DNA of 60,915 nt, filler included, from Sphacelaria rigidula (Eukaryota): assembly GCA_964200075.2 (NCBI GenBank). It is 10 parts of 10 records of this genome, joined end to end, with 100 filler letters (N's around TTAATTAATTAA, not from the genome) between each part and the next. Parts side by side here need not be neighbours in the genome. Positions count along the whole stretch, not along the records: positions 48,814 to 54,814 come from CAXNAA020022886.1; positions 54,915 to 60,915 come from CAXNAA020022887.1; 8 more parts are not named here. One strand, given 5' to 3'. Below are positions 49,309-60,915 of this stretch, one piece after another. Numbering within the stretch: position 1 is the first letter of the stretch; each line of letters starts with the position of its first letter. A model generated the notes under the pieces. It saw nothing but the letters and a program-made list of their open reading frames with translations, was not told where the DNA came from and ran no database searches. The position numbers and the translations under genes are program-made.

Positions 49309-50425
49309 TTACAGTAACAAGGTTAGCAATACGCATGTCAGGGTCCGCTACAGCCAGGGGTCGCTAATCTGGGCTCACCTTATCTGCACAACAAACAGCC
49401 AATCATCTATGTTGAGGATTAACAACCAGAACAGCCCTCGACGTCCGCACAGTAGATGTGCCCGAAATCATATTTACGTCACAAAATGCATTAGCACCGG
49501 CAGAGGTCGGGATATACACATACAGTCGTGTGATGCAAAAACACCGTACTGTACTGATGTACCGTGAGCGAACCTGCCAGGAGCACTCCGGCCCTGCCGG
49601 GAGTCGCCTGCTCCGGTATATTTCAGAGGGACAATCTAGGGAAGAAGGAGTAGCGTGTGGTGGTCCAGATCGGAGTCATGCTTGGGCGACGGCAGGAGGC
49701 GCGTGCAGGGAGTCAGAACACACTTGTCACCAGTGATTCTCATGGTGCACCCCTACATTCTAGAAACTCACTAACTCGTTGGATACTCCCTAAAAGGGCT
49801 TCCCAGTGTCGTTTCGATTCTCCAAGTTGGAGCTTTCACAAGACATTTGAATCTCCGTCGTTAACTTCACAAACTGGAGATGTATTTTTATCGAGGATGA
49901 GAACCCGGAGAATTCAAGTCTTCGTATCCAAACCACATCTTCGAGATATAGTTCCATTCCTTCACCTACTGGTAGCTATTGACAACTACTACACGCCCTA
50001 CAAATTTGGATCCTGATAACCGACATGTTGGGGTCCTAGATACCCAATTGAGGGGAATTTCGGCGATCTGATCGGATCATCTAAATTCCCAAAAATTGTT
50101 TCTTCGCCTAGAACCCCAACATATTGGTTATCAAGATCCAAATGTGTATGACGTGAAGTAGTTATCAATAGCTTCCAGCAAGTGAAGAAATGGCACCATA
50201 TTTCGAAGATTTTGATCCTTCCGGTTTCTCATCCTCGATGGAAAATCCATCCCCAATTTGTAAAATCCCGTGTTTGTTATCACGATTTCAAAGATAAACA
50301 CCTAAGAGATATCGACGTTAAACGGATGAGACCTTGAATCTTTTCGATAATATTTGACTATCGATCTACTGTGAGAACGTTTTCCCCTAGGCTTCTTTCA
50401 ATTAACGGCGAAAGCAGCTGGTTCT

Positions 50426-50851
50426 AACAGCCGATCATCAAAATTGAGGATGGAGCTTTTCATTGAGGACGAGAACCCGTAGAATTAAAATCTTTGTATC
50501 CACACCAAATATTCGAGATATGATTCCACTCCTTCACCTACTGGTAGTAGCTATTGATAACTACTACACGCTGGACAAATTTGGATTTCGATAACCGAAA
50601 TGTTGGGGTCCTAGGTGAAAAATTGATTTCGGGGAACTTGGGCGATCCGATCGGATCACCTGGATTCCCCAACAACATTGTTTTTGCCCCGAAAACCGAA
50701 ATTGTACAGCGTGTAGTAGTTGTCAATAGCTACCAGTTGGTGAAGGGAGATAACTATATTCTGGAGATTTGGTGTGGATACGAAGATTTTAACTCTCCGG
50801 GTTCTCATCCTCAATGAAAAGCTCCATCCTCAATTTCGATGATCGGCTGCT
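50426..50851. mobile_element. Palindromic MITE; related copies at 49865-50274, 48814-48879 and 58633-59076
   Basis: Arms CAGCCGATCATCAAAATTGAGGATGGAGCTTTTCATTGAGGA / TCCTCAATGAAAAGCTCCATCCTCAATTTCGATGATCGGCTG. Confidence 0.8.
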
Positions 50852-51393
50852 GTCACTCTCCGCATCAATCAAATTGGCTCAAAACTTCAATGATGATCGT
50901 TTTCTTGAAACCGATTTCGAGATTTAGTGGTTTGTTTTAATTCTCGTACGCATCACTTCGGAAACCGCAACAGCCCCAAATAACGGTGTATTATAATTGA
51001 TGGATTAGAAACCACGAATTCGCAAGGTCAGTACAACACAGTACAGTACGGTACTACAGTGAAGTATAGAGGACACTGCAAGTGTACCAGACAGTACTAC
51101 TGTACCTTACACGGGCGTACGGTGTGAGCCCACCGAGCCCTACTTAATCGGACCACGCCAAAGTTCCACATCACCAAAATTCCATGGTTTGGAACGTATA
51201 GTTCGATCCCACAGTAACCGCCTGCAAGGGCGTTTTTATAGATTCCTGGCCTGATGGCGGCTACTAGGATTTGAAGCATGTGGAGATTGGGTCAAACTTG
51301 GGTGGGAAATTCGTATTTTGAATTTCAGAAAAAAAATTGAAGGCCGCACTTATTCGTCGAGGTGCCTTTTAGCTTTTAGCGCCACCCGTATTG

Positions 51394-51755
51394 TTGTGTG
51401 TGTGTTGTCATCCCGTCTATTCTGGACGCCAGTCTACACCTTTCGGTATACGTGGGCGCACCAGCCGGGGTCACACAGAAGGAAGGCCAACACAGGAGTT
51501 TCTTCTTTTTTATTCGTTTTTGTTTCACCACCTTCTACGGCGCTTGCCTTCTTTTTTATCGCGAGAGGGGTTCGGCGCTCCCTTTCCCTCGTTGACGGTG
51601 AAGTCGAATTTTGTGGGCCCACGACATGGTCGCTCTTCACCGTCGGGCGTTGTGTGAGAAAAAATACCAGATCGTGTGACTGCACCGACATTCGAACCCA
51701 CGACCCACCCGTCAGAGGGTTTCGAAGTTACCAACTGAGCCACCGAGGCGACCGA
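51394..51755 (-). mobile_element. tRNA-derived SINE, family B, full length with TSD
   Basis: A box TGGCTCAGTTGG, B box GGTTCGAATG, (CA)n tail, direct repeat CCGTATTG at 51386-51393 and 51756-51763. Confidence 0.88.
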
Positions 51756-52713
51756 CCGTATTGCCTTCAGCACGCCGGCTATGTCACCCTCTTTAGTTGT
51801 CCATGGCAGTCAGTATGACGCCATGTGCGCAGTGAATGGGAAGGTATTACGAAAAACTAGCGTGAGCCAGCCTGTATGGTGTCAGAAATAGCCGGGAAGT
51901 GATCATCCAGGGGGTGGTGTTCGGCCAAATGTATTTCCACGATATGACAGCTAGCGTCCTCCCCCCTCCGTTCCAACACCATGCATGTAGTCGCGGGTAA
52001 GAGTTCAGCCCCTGATCTTCAGTTGAGATAAAGTCTCTCAGGTGCAAGCTGTTGCTGAAGTCACGTTGAACTTCTGCGTGCTTTCATCGCGTGATACTTC
52101 AGCCGTCTTTACTAATTTCCCCGCCCCCCAGCGAGACGGGATCGGCTATAGGCAGCCCGTCCGTTCTCACCGCTCATGGCGTCGCCACGACGGGTAGGTG
52201 GTAGGCAATTATTCGTTGCTCGTCGGTAGACTTATTTCTGCTTCACTGCCGCCTCAGGTCGGGAAAACAAAAGGTTGGAATATGACTACTTGTACGTGAC
52301 AGTACACCAATACTCGTGGTAGTGAGGTGCTTCAACGAAGCGCCGCGGCCACGCCGATGCTCAGGGCAGCACTACTGTAGAAAATTTACTGGTAGACGCT
52401 CGTGTCCGGTGAGGGTCCGTACAGCGACGCCCAAGAAAGAGGAGAGCTCCACTTCACAGCACCTGTTGGACGTTTGAAAATCGTGGTACGAAACAGTAAA
52501 CGGGTGTCAAGCGCGCAGTACCCGCGGCGGTTAGTTGGTCGGCAGGCGGGAAAAGGGGGGGGGGGATGGGGGGAGTGGTATGAAAAAAGATAAAACCATC
52601 AATTGCACGGCACGTCGTGGATATCAGCCAACAACACTGTTGATACTGTATTCAACGCAAACGCCCTGCACACACACAGCATGGCGCAGATAGATGAATA
52701 GGATACATACTAC

Positions 52714-52769
52714 CGTTGTCAGAGCTTGAACTCCTGCTGGGCCGGACTGTGCTGCGCCAGGAGGTGTGC
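52714..52769 (-). CDS. Possible short following exon of PAC2
   Basis: TAG acceptor, phase-compatible (G|GC), TPPGAAQSGPAGVQALTT, GTAGTATGT donor region. No conserved motif. Confidence 0.35.
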
Positions 52770-53426
52770 CTATAGTTTTTGCTGCGTTCATCCATTCGAG
52801 CGGTGTACATTCATAGCAACTCTAAAACATCAGCCGACAAACTTCATTCGTTTTTTCTAGCTCTTCTCCGTTGTTGTTGTTGTTGTTTGGTGGGCAGGTG
52901 GAGGGGGGTTGTTCTTCAGTTTACCCTCAATGTTGAACCTCTATGGATATTTCCCATTTATTTTTTCTTTAGCAATCATCTCCGTTTCGTGTACCTTAGA
53001 CACCTCCACCTTGTGACTACGGCTCGGTCTCTCGGCCTCTCGGGAATCGTTTGATGTGCGACGATCAACCAACCAACCTACCTACCTAACCAACCAAGCA
53101 AGCAACATCGGGGAAGAGATGGGCTGCTACTTCGAGACTGCGGGCTTCTGCCGAGTAAAGGGGACGGAAGGTTGAAGGCAGCTGAAAAAAAAAGTTTGGT
53201 ATATTCCGAACTCGACAATGATGGGTGTTCAGCGTGCGCCCGCGGAGGGTGGGTGTACGGGGGGGGGGGGGGGGTTCGACAGAGGAAAAACGTCCAAGGC
53301 GGGGGGGTTTTTGGAAAGGGATTGTTTGCTTGTTTTTTTAAGTAAATGTANNNNNNNNNNAGAGAAAAAAAAAAAGAATCTTGTCCTTCCCGGCGCCTCG
53401 TGGGTGTGGGGGGGGGCCGCGGGGGG

Positions 53427-53462
<36 letters not shown>

Positions 53463-54335
53463 TTCGACAGATGAAAAACGTCCAAGGCGCGCGGCTTTTT
53501 GTACAGTGATTGTTCGCTTGTTATATTAAGTACATGTACGGTTGCTATATGGAATCACCATGTGTGTATGTGTAGCCTATGAGACCCTGCGTTTGATGAA
53601 ACGGACCAATGCACAGCACCATCACGAAAGCGCAATCCACTGCAGGGCAACGGATGTCATGAACCGTTGAAGTTCACACATAAAGGGGGGGGGTGGAGGG
53701 GCGAGTGTTTGTTTTGTGCGTCAGAAGATGCGCTACGAGTAAGTACTGTGCAGCCCGCTTGCATTATTCCGCTTGGTGATTTTTCTCATCTTCGAGACAG
53801 AGAAAGATGGTCCCTTGAGCTGGCCAATGGAGACCAAATCAGCGAAAACAATGAGCGGTTTCGTGGGAAGGAACAAGAACAAAATGACCTCTGCTTTTCC
53901 CTCTGGGGTGGGGACTATAAACTACAAAACGATAAAGGAGCTCATGGTTTGCGCCCATCCTATCCCCCGAAAATAGGCAGCACACCAGAACATGAGATGA
54001 AAAAATTAAGAAAGAGAACGTTCCTCACGCTCCTGACGTTCCGTATTGCCGGTCCGCCAGACCAGCATCCATGGCAATCATTTCCCACGATCAACAGCTT
54101 GATAGTTGCCTGGTGCCCAACAAGAGACTCTCTCTAGAATCAACCAGTGCGTGCTTCACACTACATCCACAAAACACGATCGATCTCTGAAAGTAGAGCA
54201 CACCAACACAGCGCCCGCGATATCACGTAGACAGTGTTCCCGTGGGCTGATGATGTTCTAGGAAAATAAGTATAAAATTAATGAAGAACGAGAAGGGGGT
54301 CAGAACAATGACGAAGAAGAAATAAAAAACCATAC

Positions 54336-54607
54336 CTTTAGGGACCCCATTCGTCCCATCCCCTATGGGCAAAAGCTTCAAACAGGAGTTCACCGCTTCT
54401 GCCATGGCCACCGCGTGAGGAGTGTTGTCGCCCTCACTGCAGAAATGCAATACAACAACCAGGGGAGGGAGGGGGGGCGAAGAAGTATCTCCTGCTGCTC
54501 CTGCTGCTGGCTCTTCTCGCGGACGAGACGAGGACGCCTCTTTACATAGTAGACCGCAAATTCCTGTCCCCGTGGGCAGCGGTGGCGGTCGCTGTCCTCG
54601 TTGTCCC
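54336..54607 (-). CDS. PSMG2: Proteasome assembly chaperone 2, internal exon
   Basis: LPTGTGICGLLCKE and VLHFCSEGDNTPHAVAMAEAVN match the PAC2 PGGG and SEGDN motifs. Donor AAG|GTATGG at 54335; acceptor position approximate. Confidence 0.8.
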
Positions 54608-56216
54608 TTTGGTGTTCCGTTGTTATTGTCGTCGTCGTTGTTCGTTTTCGTTTCCATTGTCGCCGCACATGCATTGCAAAAACAGTTAGAGCAGGCAGAA
54701 GGGGGGGAAAGAGGGGGGGAGGGGGGGGGGGGGGAAGAAAAAGGGGGAAAGGGAAGTGCCCATGAAAAAAGAGCCGGCGCGCGCTGCTGTTTTGTAAACG
54801 TGAATTTTAGACAGNNNNNNNNNNNNNNNNNNNNNNNNNNNNNNNNNNNNNNNNNNNNTTAATTAATTAANNNNNNNNNNNNNNNNNNNNNNNNNNNNNN
54901 NNNNNNNNNNNNNNGAGTAATGGGTTGATCCCGCGAGGCAACGAATTTCACCCCAGGAGGATAGTGAAAGTGGTGGAAATTTTACGACGTGAAACAGGAG
55001 AAACATGTACGCTGTTCGAGAACAAGGAGCTGATCATGTTCGACACGAGAGTCTTGCTTTGCCAAACTTGATGTGGGATATTTGTGCACGGAGAGTGCGT
55101 GATGCTACTCTTGCTCGTGTTCGGCGCCTCGCTCAACCCACTTGGGTATGGCGTGTCCGTGCTAGCCGGGGATACGTCGGAGCAAACCTTTCACGACTTT
55201 CTTACTCACTACTGTGCGTGTGAGTTCTTCTGAAGTACAGATATGAAAGACTCGGCCGTCAACAAGTCAAGAAACCATCTATCGTCACCCAATCGTGGAT
55301 CCTTGCCTTGAAGGCAGCGGGTCACGTCTTGAAGACTTGCTCGTGCCTGTCGAATTATCCCCGCATATCCTTTTCTGTCAATTATTTTCTTCTAGACGGC
55401 CTGTGCTATTCGGCAGCTAAGCATTTTCACTCTTTTTCAACTTCGTATAAGCTGCAGCTTGTAGGCAAGCCCGTTTGACTTCGAGGTGATCACGCACACG
55501 GTTGTGTTCTATTTTGGGATACCCTACGTAACTCACTCGCGCGTCCTCTCACCCCGATATATGGATTTTGTAGATAGTTTACACCCTGAGCAATATATGG
55601 TCAAAAGGTGCAGGAGACAACAAGTGAACTGGGTAGAGTATACACTAATTACAACTATTGTCGGTCGGCAATAGTTGCAAACGGCCTATACTTTACCTAG
55701 TTCATTCGGGGTCTACTGCATCGTTTGACCATAGGTTGTCATTGTCCAGGATGTGAAATAATTGCGAGATAGATGTCAAGTACGCCCAAAACAATTGAGA
55801 GCAACGGCACTCGGATGTCATCTGAGACCGCAGAAACAAAAATGGCCGAGTAATATCAAAGTGCCGTTTATCGTATTTCCGATTCTACTGACAACTGGAC
55901 TCTCCTAGCGTAAAGCTCTTGATGCTTCCCGCTGTCGATGTTCATTATCTGTAGAGGTCGTATTAAACACCGGCGTGTGGGTCAATCCCGTGGGCCTGGT
56001 CCTTCTGGTCGAGTTTCATTATGTCGTCAGTGTTTTCATTAATTTTCCACCGGTATGCATACATGCTGTGATCACGGTTGCATTCGTGGCGGATTAGCTG
56101 ATGTAAGACAATTGGACCGATCAATCAATCGATCGAAAACTCGAAACACACGACTAGATCTGATTCCCCCCCCTCCTATCCCTTTCGCTCACGCTTTTTT
56201 ACTGCTATACCGTTAG

Positions 56217-56502
56217 ACGAGCCAAGTCAGTATTGACACGGCTAGGCGTACCGTTCGTCGATGCCGGACAGATCGTGGAGGGTCAGACTTGGGCAACGAG
56301 GCACAACGATGGGCGGCACTACCATCCACTTGTTCCTTTGGAGCTTTTATCTCTGATGGACGTGATCACTGCACCCATGCCGCAGCCCCTGGTACCTCGG
56401 CAAGAGGAGGCTCAGGTGGAGCCTGCAAGGGACGGTAGAGACGAATCCCCGGAAACCGAACTCGAGAAGAGCTCGTTTAATCTTCGCGGTGGCCATCGAT
56501 GA
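56217..56502 (+). CDS. Exon or gene remnant resembling the C-terminal half of an SGNH-type hydrolase/acyltransferase domain
   Basis: Pyrimidine tract and TAG acceptor, then LGVPFVDAGQIV...NDGRHYHPLV with a D-x-x-H motif. Confidence 0.4.
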
Positions 56503-57780
56503 TAGTATGAATTGGGGCGGGAACTGCCGCTCCAGTGTGCCGTGGATATTCATCGGCAACGATCGCACCACGGTCTGGTGGGACGCGAACAGTGCCATGT
56601 CGCTTGGGTTTGTGGTTGTACTTTCTCTGTGTTGTGTTATATGTCCGCATGCGTGCTCTGTACTTGATCTATTCAAGTCTTGAATGTCCATGTAACCCCC
56701 GACACCGTGCACTCACACTTCCCACTACCAAAATACGTTTGCCATCATACATTTACCATAATTCATGGTACCATATCCAGTTAGAGAGGTATAGAGCTTA
56801 CAGGCGTTGGTTCGGATTTGTTGTGCTCGTTTGTGAAACACTGTATCCTATATACCGCCCGTAAGGTGTGGTTGAGGTGTAGACCTCGATTCCACCTCGA
56901 CCGCGGTAGTCCGGTGATGTAAGCATACGCCCCTCCCTCTCTCCACCTTATTTTTGTATTTTCTGATTGATTTCCCATTTTTTTTCGATGCCCTATGAGT
57001 GCTGGCACCTCGCCACTGCAGAGCTCGTTGATGAGAGGAAGGTTCTGCCCAATTAGTGTAGTCCCCGAATGGCGGAGTCACAACCTGCTCATACGGCCTA
57101 CTTTATTTTATTTGCTGCCTCATCTTCGTTTGTATTTTTCACGATATCTTTACCGTGAATTGTGGAGCACGGGCCTGTGGTTTGTTTTAAAATCTTGTCT
57201 TGTTCCTACTTCACAATGTTCGTTCTTTGCTTTGTTCTCCATATTTCCCCTTTTTCACCCTTCTTGGCGAGAGTTTCGTGTATTTTCCTTGGGTGCGTGT
57301 ATCTTGTGGCAGCCGGTGGATTTGTAGCGGATCAGCTGAAGCAGTGTGCGACATATTCGATTTCGTGTAACGTACGGAGACTACCCAGTAGGTGGGTTCG
57401 TGAATTTGAGGTTCATCGATGCTATCTGGTCATGGGTCCATGTTTGTGGCGTTCTTCTCGTTTTGTCTTTTATTGGTATTTAACGGCGATATATGCTATC
57501 CCGGGAAAGAAATGTGGAAAATGGCTTCTAACTTGATTTCGTTTGGAATGTCTTCAGTCGATTAGTGGATTAATTGTCGCACATGGACTGATTTGCGACA
57601 AATTCGGCGGTGGTCACAAGATACACGTACCCAGGGTGAAGAAACGTGAGCACTTACTTGCTCAGGAAACTCGAAAGATGAAAAAAAACAGATTGAGGGA
57701 GACAAAAAAACGAATATGGTGAAGTGAGAACGAGGAGGGGGGACGGAGAGGGAGGTCAATAAGGAAAGGCAAGGACAGCA

Positions 57781-58632
57781 AGGCGCTAATGTCTAAATTT
57801 GTTATGCAGGTACCTGGTGGTACGGTCTACAGTATTTTGTATGTGCAGTCAGTGCTGCCCCATGGGGGCCGGGCCGGGCTCACCATAGGTGTCACAGCCG
57901 CCCGCAAGAGTATGTGATTGTGGTTTCCTTGAGGGATGGGGAAATTCGAGAAATAAGATTAGAGGAAAAAGAAGGCAGCGAGGTGCTAATATCTGAGTTT
58001 GTTACGCAGGTACCTGGTGGCACGGTCCACAGAATTTTGTACCTGTTCGTGCTGTCTTTGCTGGCTCCTAGGGGGCTGGGCCGGGCTTACCACAGTTGTG
58101 AAGTCCACCCGCAAAAGTATGTCATCATGGGTTCCCCATGCACCGTATCTGATCTACAACTACCCTCCTTGGACTCTGGTGGCGATATGTACCATTATCG
58201 GGAGTGTGCGTGCAATCACCTGGTGGAAATGAGTACAAACTACGTACTAGGCAAGATCCTGTACTACTGGCGCTGACAATCTGCCGTGTCCTTTTCAAGT
58301 TATCGTGGAACTCTAGGGAGAGGCGCGGTTTTCTAGTAAATGAGCATGCTGGGGCGGAACTCAAGCGCGGTAGTTGTGTATCAGATACGGTGCTGAGGAA
58401 CCAAAAATGACACATTTTGCGGGAGGGTTTAACAAATATGGTGTGCCGACCTTGCCCCCCAGAAGGCAGCACAGGCTCTGGTGGCGGTATGTACCATTAG
58501 CAAGAGTGTGCGTTCAATCACTTGATGAAGTGAGCACACACTACACGCTAGGCAAGAGCCAATACTATCGACGCTGACAATCTGCCGTGTCTCGTGCAAA
58601 TTATTGCGAAGGCTCCAGGGAGAGGCGCAGTT
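57781..58632 (+). repeat. Two consecutive diverged duplications (57781-57915 vs 57981-58123; 58174-58360 vs 58476-58632)
   Basis: Shared GCAGGTACCTGGTGG.ACGGTC.ACAG and CGCTGACAATCTGCCGTGTC blocks. Confidence 0.75.
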
Positions 58633-59076
58633 AACACGGGATCTTGCAAATTGGGGATGGATCATTTAGTGGGGATGAGAAACCCGGAGGATTAAAATCT
58701 TCGTATCCGCACGAAATATTCGAAATATGGTTCCATTTTTTCACCTACTGATCGCTATAATATCTGCTACACGCCATAGAAATTTGGATTTCGATCACCG
58801 AAATTTTAGTGTCCTAGGTGAAGAAAACAATTTTGTGGAATTCCAGGTGTCCGAGCGGACGCCAAAATGGTTCCTATATTGTTTTTTTCACCTAGGACCC
58901 CAACATTTCGGTGATCGAAATCCAGATTTCTATGGCGTGTAGCAGATATTATAGCGACCAGTAGGTGGAAAAATGGAACCATATTTCGAATATTTCGTGC
59001 GGATACGAAGATTTTAATCCTCCGAGTTTCTCATCCCCAATAAATGATCCATCCCCAATTTGTAAGATCCCGTGTT
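58633..59076. mobile_element. Young near-perfect palindromic MITE (444 bp) with a 4-bp TSD
   Basis: About 200-bp arms, termini AACACGGGATCTT...AAGATCCCGTGTT, AGTT on both sides (58629-58632, 59077-59080). Confidence 0.88.
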
Positions 59077-60915
59077 AGTTGTCGACTAAGTGAGCATGCT
59101 TGGGTGGAATTTGCCTCCGATTGGTGCCTGCTGGCGAAGCATTAAAGGGGCACTGATGACGTTCTAGCAAGCGGTATCTCATGATAGCTCGAAGATCAGG
59201 TCCATCAAACGTGAAACGCATTACATAAGTACGCGGTTGATAATGTCATGATACTGACAGCCGTGGAAGAAAAACGCCGAGGTACTTTACTGCTGAAGAA
59301 GAACTGCCAAGATTAGACGAGATGTGATCGATCATGCCCAGATACGAAGACGAGGAGCCGTCGAACTCCCTCCCTCCTGTACCACCCTCCCTTCACGCAC
59401 AAGACCACATCCTGAACGATATGTAGCCAATCGATGCAATAGACGAGAAGTGTACTGCATAAAGTATAGGCCTACTGCAACTATTGCCGGCCGACAATAG
59501 TCGCAATAGGTCTATACTAAATGCAGTACGTTTCTTGTCATTACAACTATTGACCATATATTGTCCAAGGTGCGCACAAGACCGAAGGCAGGCCCACAAG
59601 GAGACGGCCAAAGAGAACGTGAGCTCGTTCGATCACTGCGATCGTGTTAATAAGCAACAATGCGCAGAAGAGGAACATTAGACGGGTTGGTGTGTAGGAA
59701 GTTCCATAGAATGTAATTTTGGATAACACCCCTACCTTCTTAGAATCGGGATAATATCGGTGAATTAGTTCTGTTACAAGTATGGAAAAAACGTTATGAT
59801 CAATCACACGTTGGCGGTATCTCTATTGGGAGCAGGAACGGTTTTTCGTCTCGAAAAGGGACGCGTGAACGAAGGTCAAATGACGAAGGCGAGCACGCGA
59901 AAACTGAGTCCTCCCTCCCCCCCGATTCCCCCCAGTCAACTTTTCGGCATTTAAAAGTTGATGCATTGAAGAGACGCGCTAGTCGGTCGATGTTTCACCT
60001 GATGAGCCTCTCATTTGTAGTCCGTAAGCCCTCGGCTTCTGCAGCTGCCCTGAACACGTATAAGGGTCGCGAGACATAACAGGATCCTGGAACATGGGGT
60101 TGGATGTTCAAATGGGGCTCAACCCACCTTCCGATAATTCACCGTTCCCCTTGAATCTTTTGCAAGACGAGAGCATTTGCGGATATCTCGTTTTTGGTGA
60201 GTTTGAACAGATGTAGCTACGTTCACTCACTTCAAGCGATGTACATCAGACTATACCATCGGAGGAGCAATAACGGAGAGGAAGCTCCTCCCCTGTGTCC
60301 TTAGTGTGTCCTCATTCGGCGACTCTAATTCGCTGGAGGAGTTCGTATCATTCTATCACCACATACATGATCAATTTGCAAGCCCTTGTGTCGGCATAAT
60401 AACGGCAGGCGATTTGTTGTACAGCCCCCCGAAAGGATCGTGGTGCCCGGGGTTGCCGTATCGTGACTGACACAATCCGCACGTGGACAAATAGTACCCT
60501 GTGGGGCACGTCTACAGGGTTCAGGGAAACCGTGCAGTGTTTCTCATGGGGATTTGGCTGTAGCAGGGTGTATTTTGCGCCACACAGTACGCTTCACAGG
60601 GTTTCAGGGAAACTGTGCAGTTTTGCTCGACGGGATCTGGCGGTAGGATATTTTTTTGCGCTACAAAATACACTTCACAGGGTTTCGTCACCCCATGTGC
60701 TGTTCATTGTTGTTAACATGCTATACAGTGTTATTTATGAAGCACATACATTCTTCATAAAGTGTCGGCTTTGGGTCCGTTCAAGCGTTCGAAGATACTG
60801 TCGAACAGCACTATGAATCTTTCCTGTCATTGGCATCTGCGAATCAGTACAGTACCATCACAAATCGACAATTTAACGTTCTTATTAGAAACCAACGGGC
60901 ACCAAAGTGTTTGCA

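Noticed and set aside
51680..51755. tRNA genes at SINE heads (also near 13090, 22290, 27520, 45290, 46610)
   Set aside because: A and B boxes are present, but I could not form a full cloverleaf, and each head is attached to a shared non-tRNA body.
60510..60690. Three short CACAGGGTTTC-type repeats as a spacer array
   Set aside because: Only three degenerate units with similar intervening sequence; an ordinary minisatellite.

Overview
Eukaryotic nuclear DNA, most likely a brown alga (Phaeophyceae). This is inferred from an EsV-1-7 repeat gene and from short exons set in long, repeat-rich introns. The window is not one locus: it is ten unrelated 6001-6002 bp contigs joined by 100-bp linkers (44 N + TTAATTAATTAA + 44 N). 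Coding content: one apparently intronless EsV-1-7 Cys/His repeat gene with 10 in-frame repeats and an 11th hidden by a frameshift; exons of HMG-CoA lyase, a PPR protein, threonine dehydratase and proteasome assembly chaperone 2; weaker calls for an organellar uS15, a TTL-like protein and an SGNH-like protein; and the 3' end of a Ty1/copia element. Much of the remainder is non-autonomous mobile DNA: MITEs with TA, TTAA, 8-bp, 9-bp and 4-bp target duplications, two tRNA-derived SINE families, a (CAA)n-tailed retroposon end, palindromic arrays and a high-copy element ending in poly(C). The best candidate for a new system is the modular, combinatorially shuffled EsV-1-7 array. All calls come from reading the sequence by eye; no searches were run.
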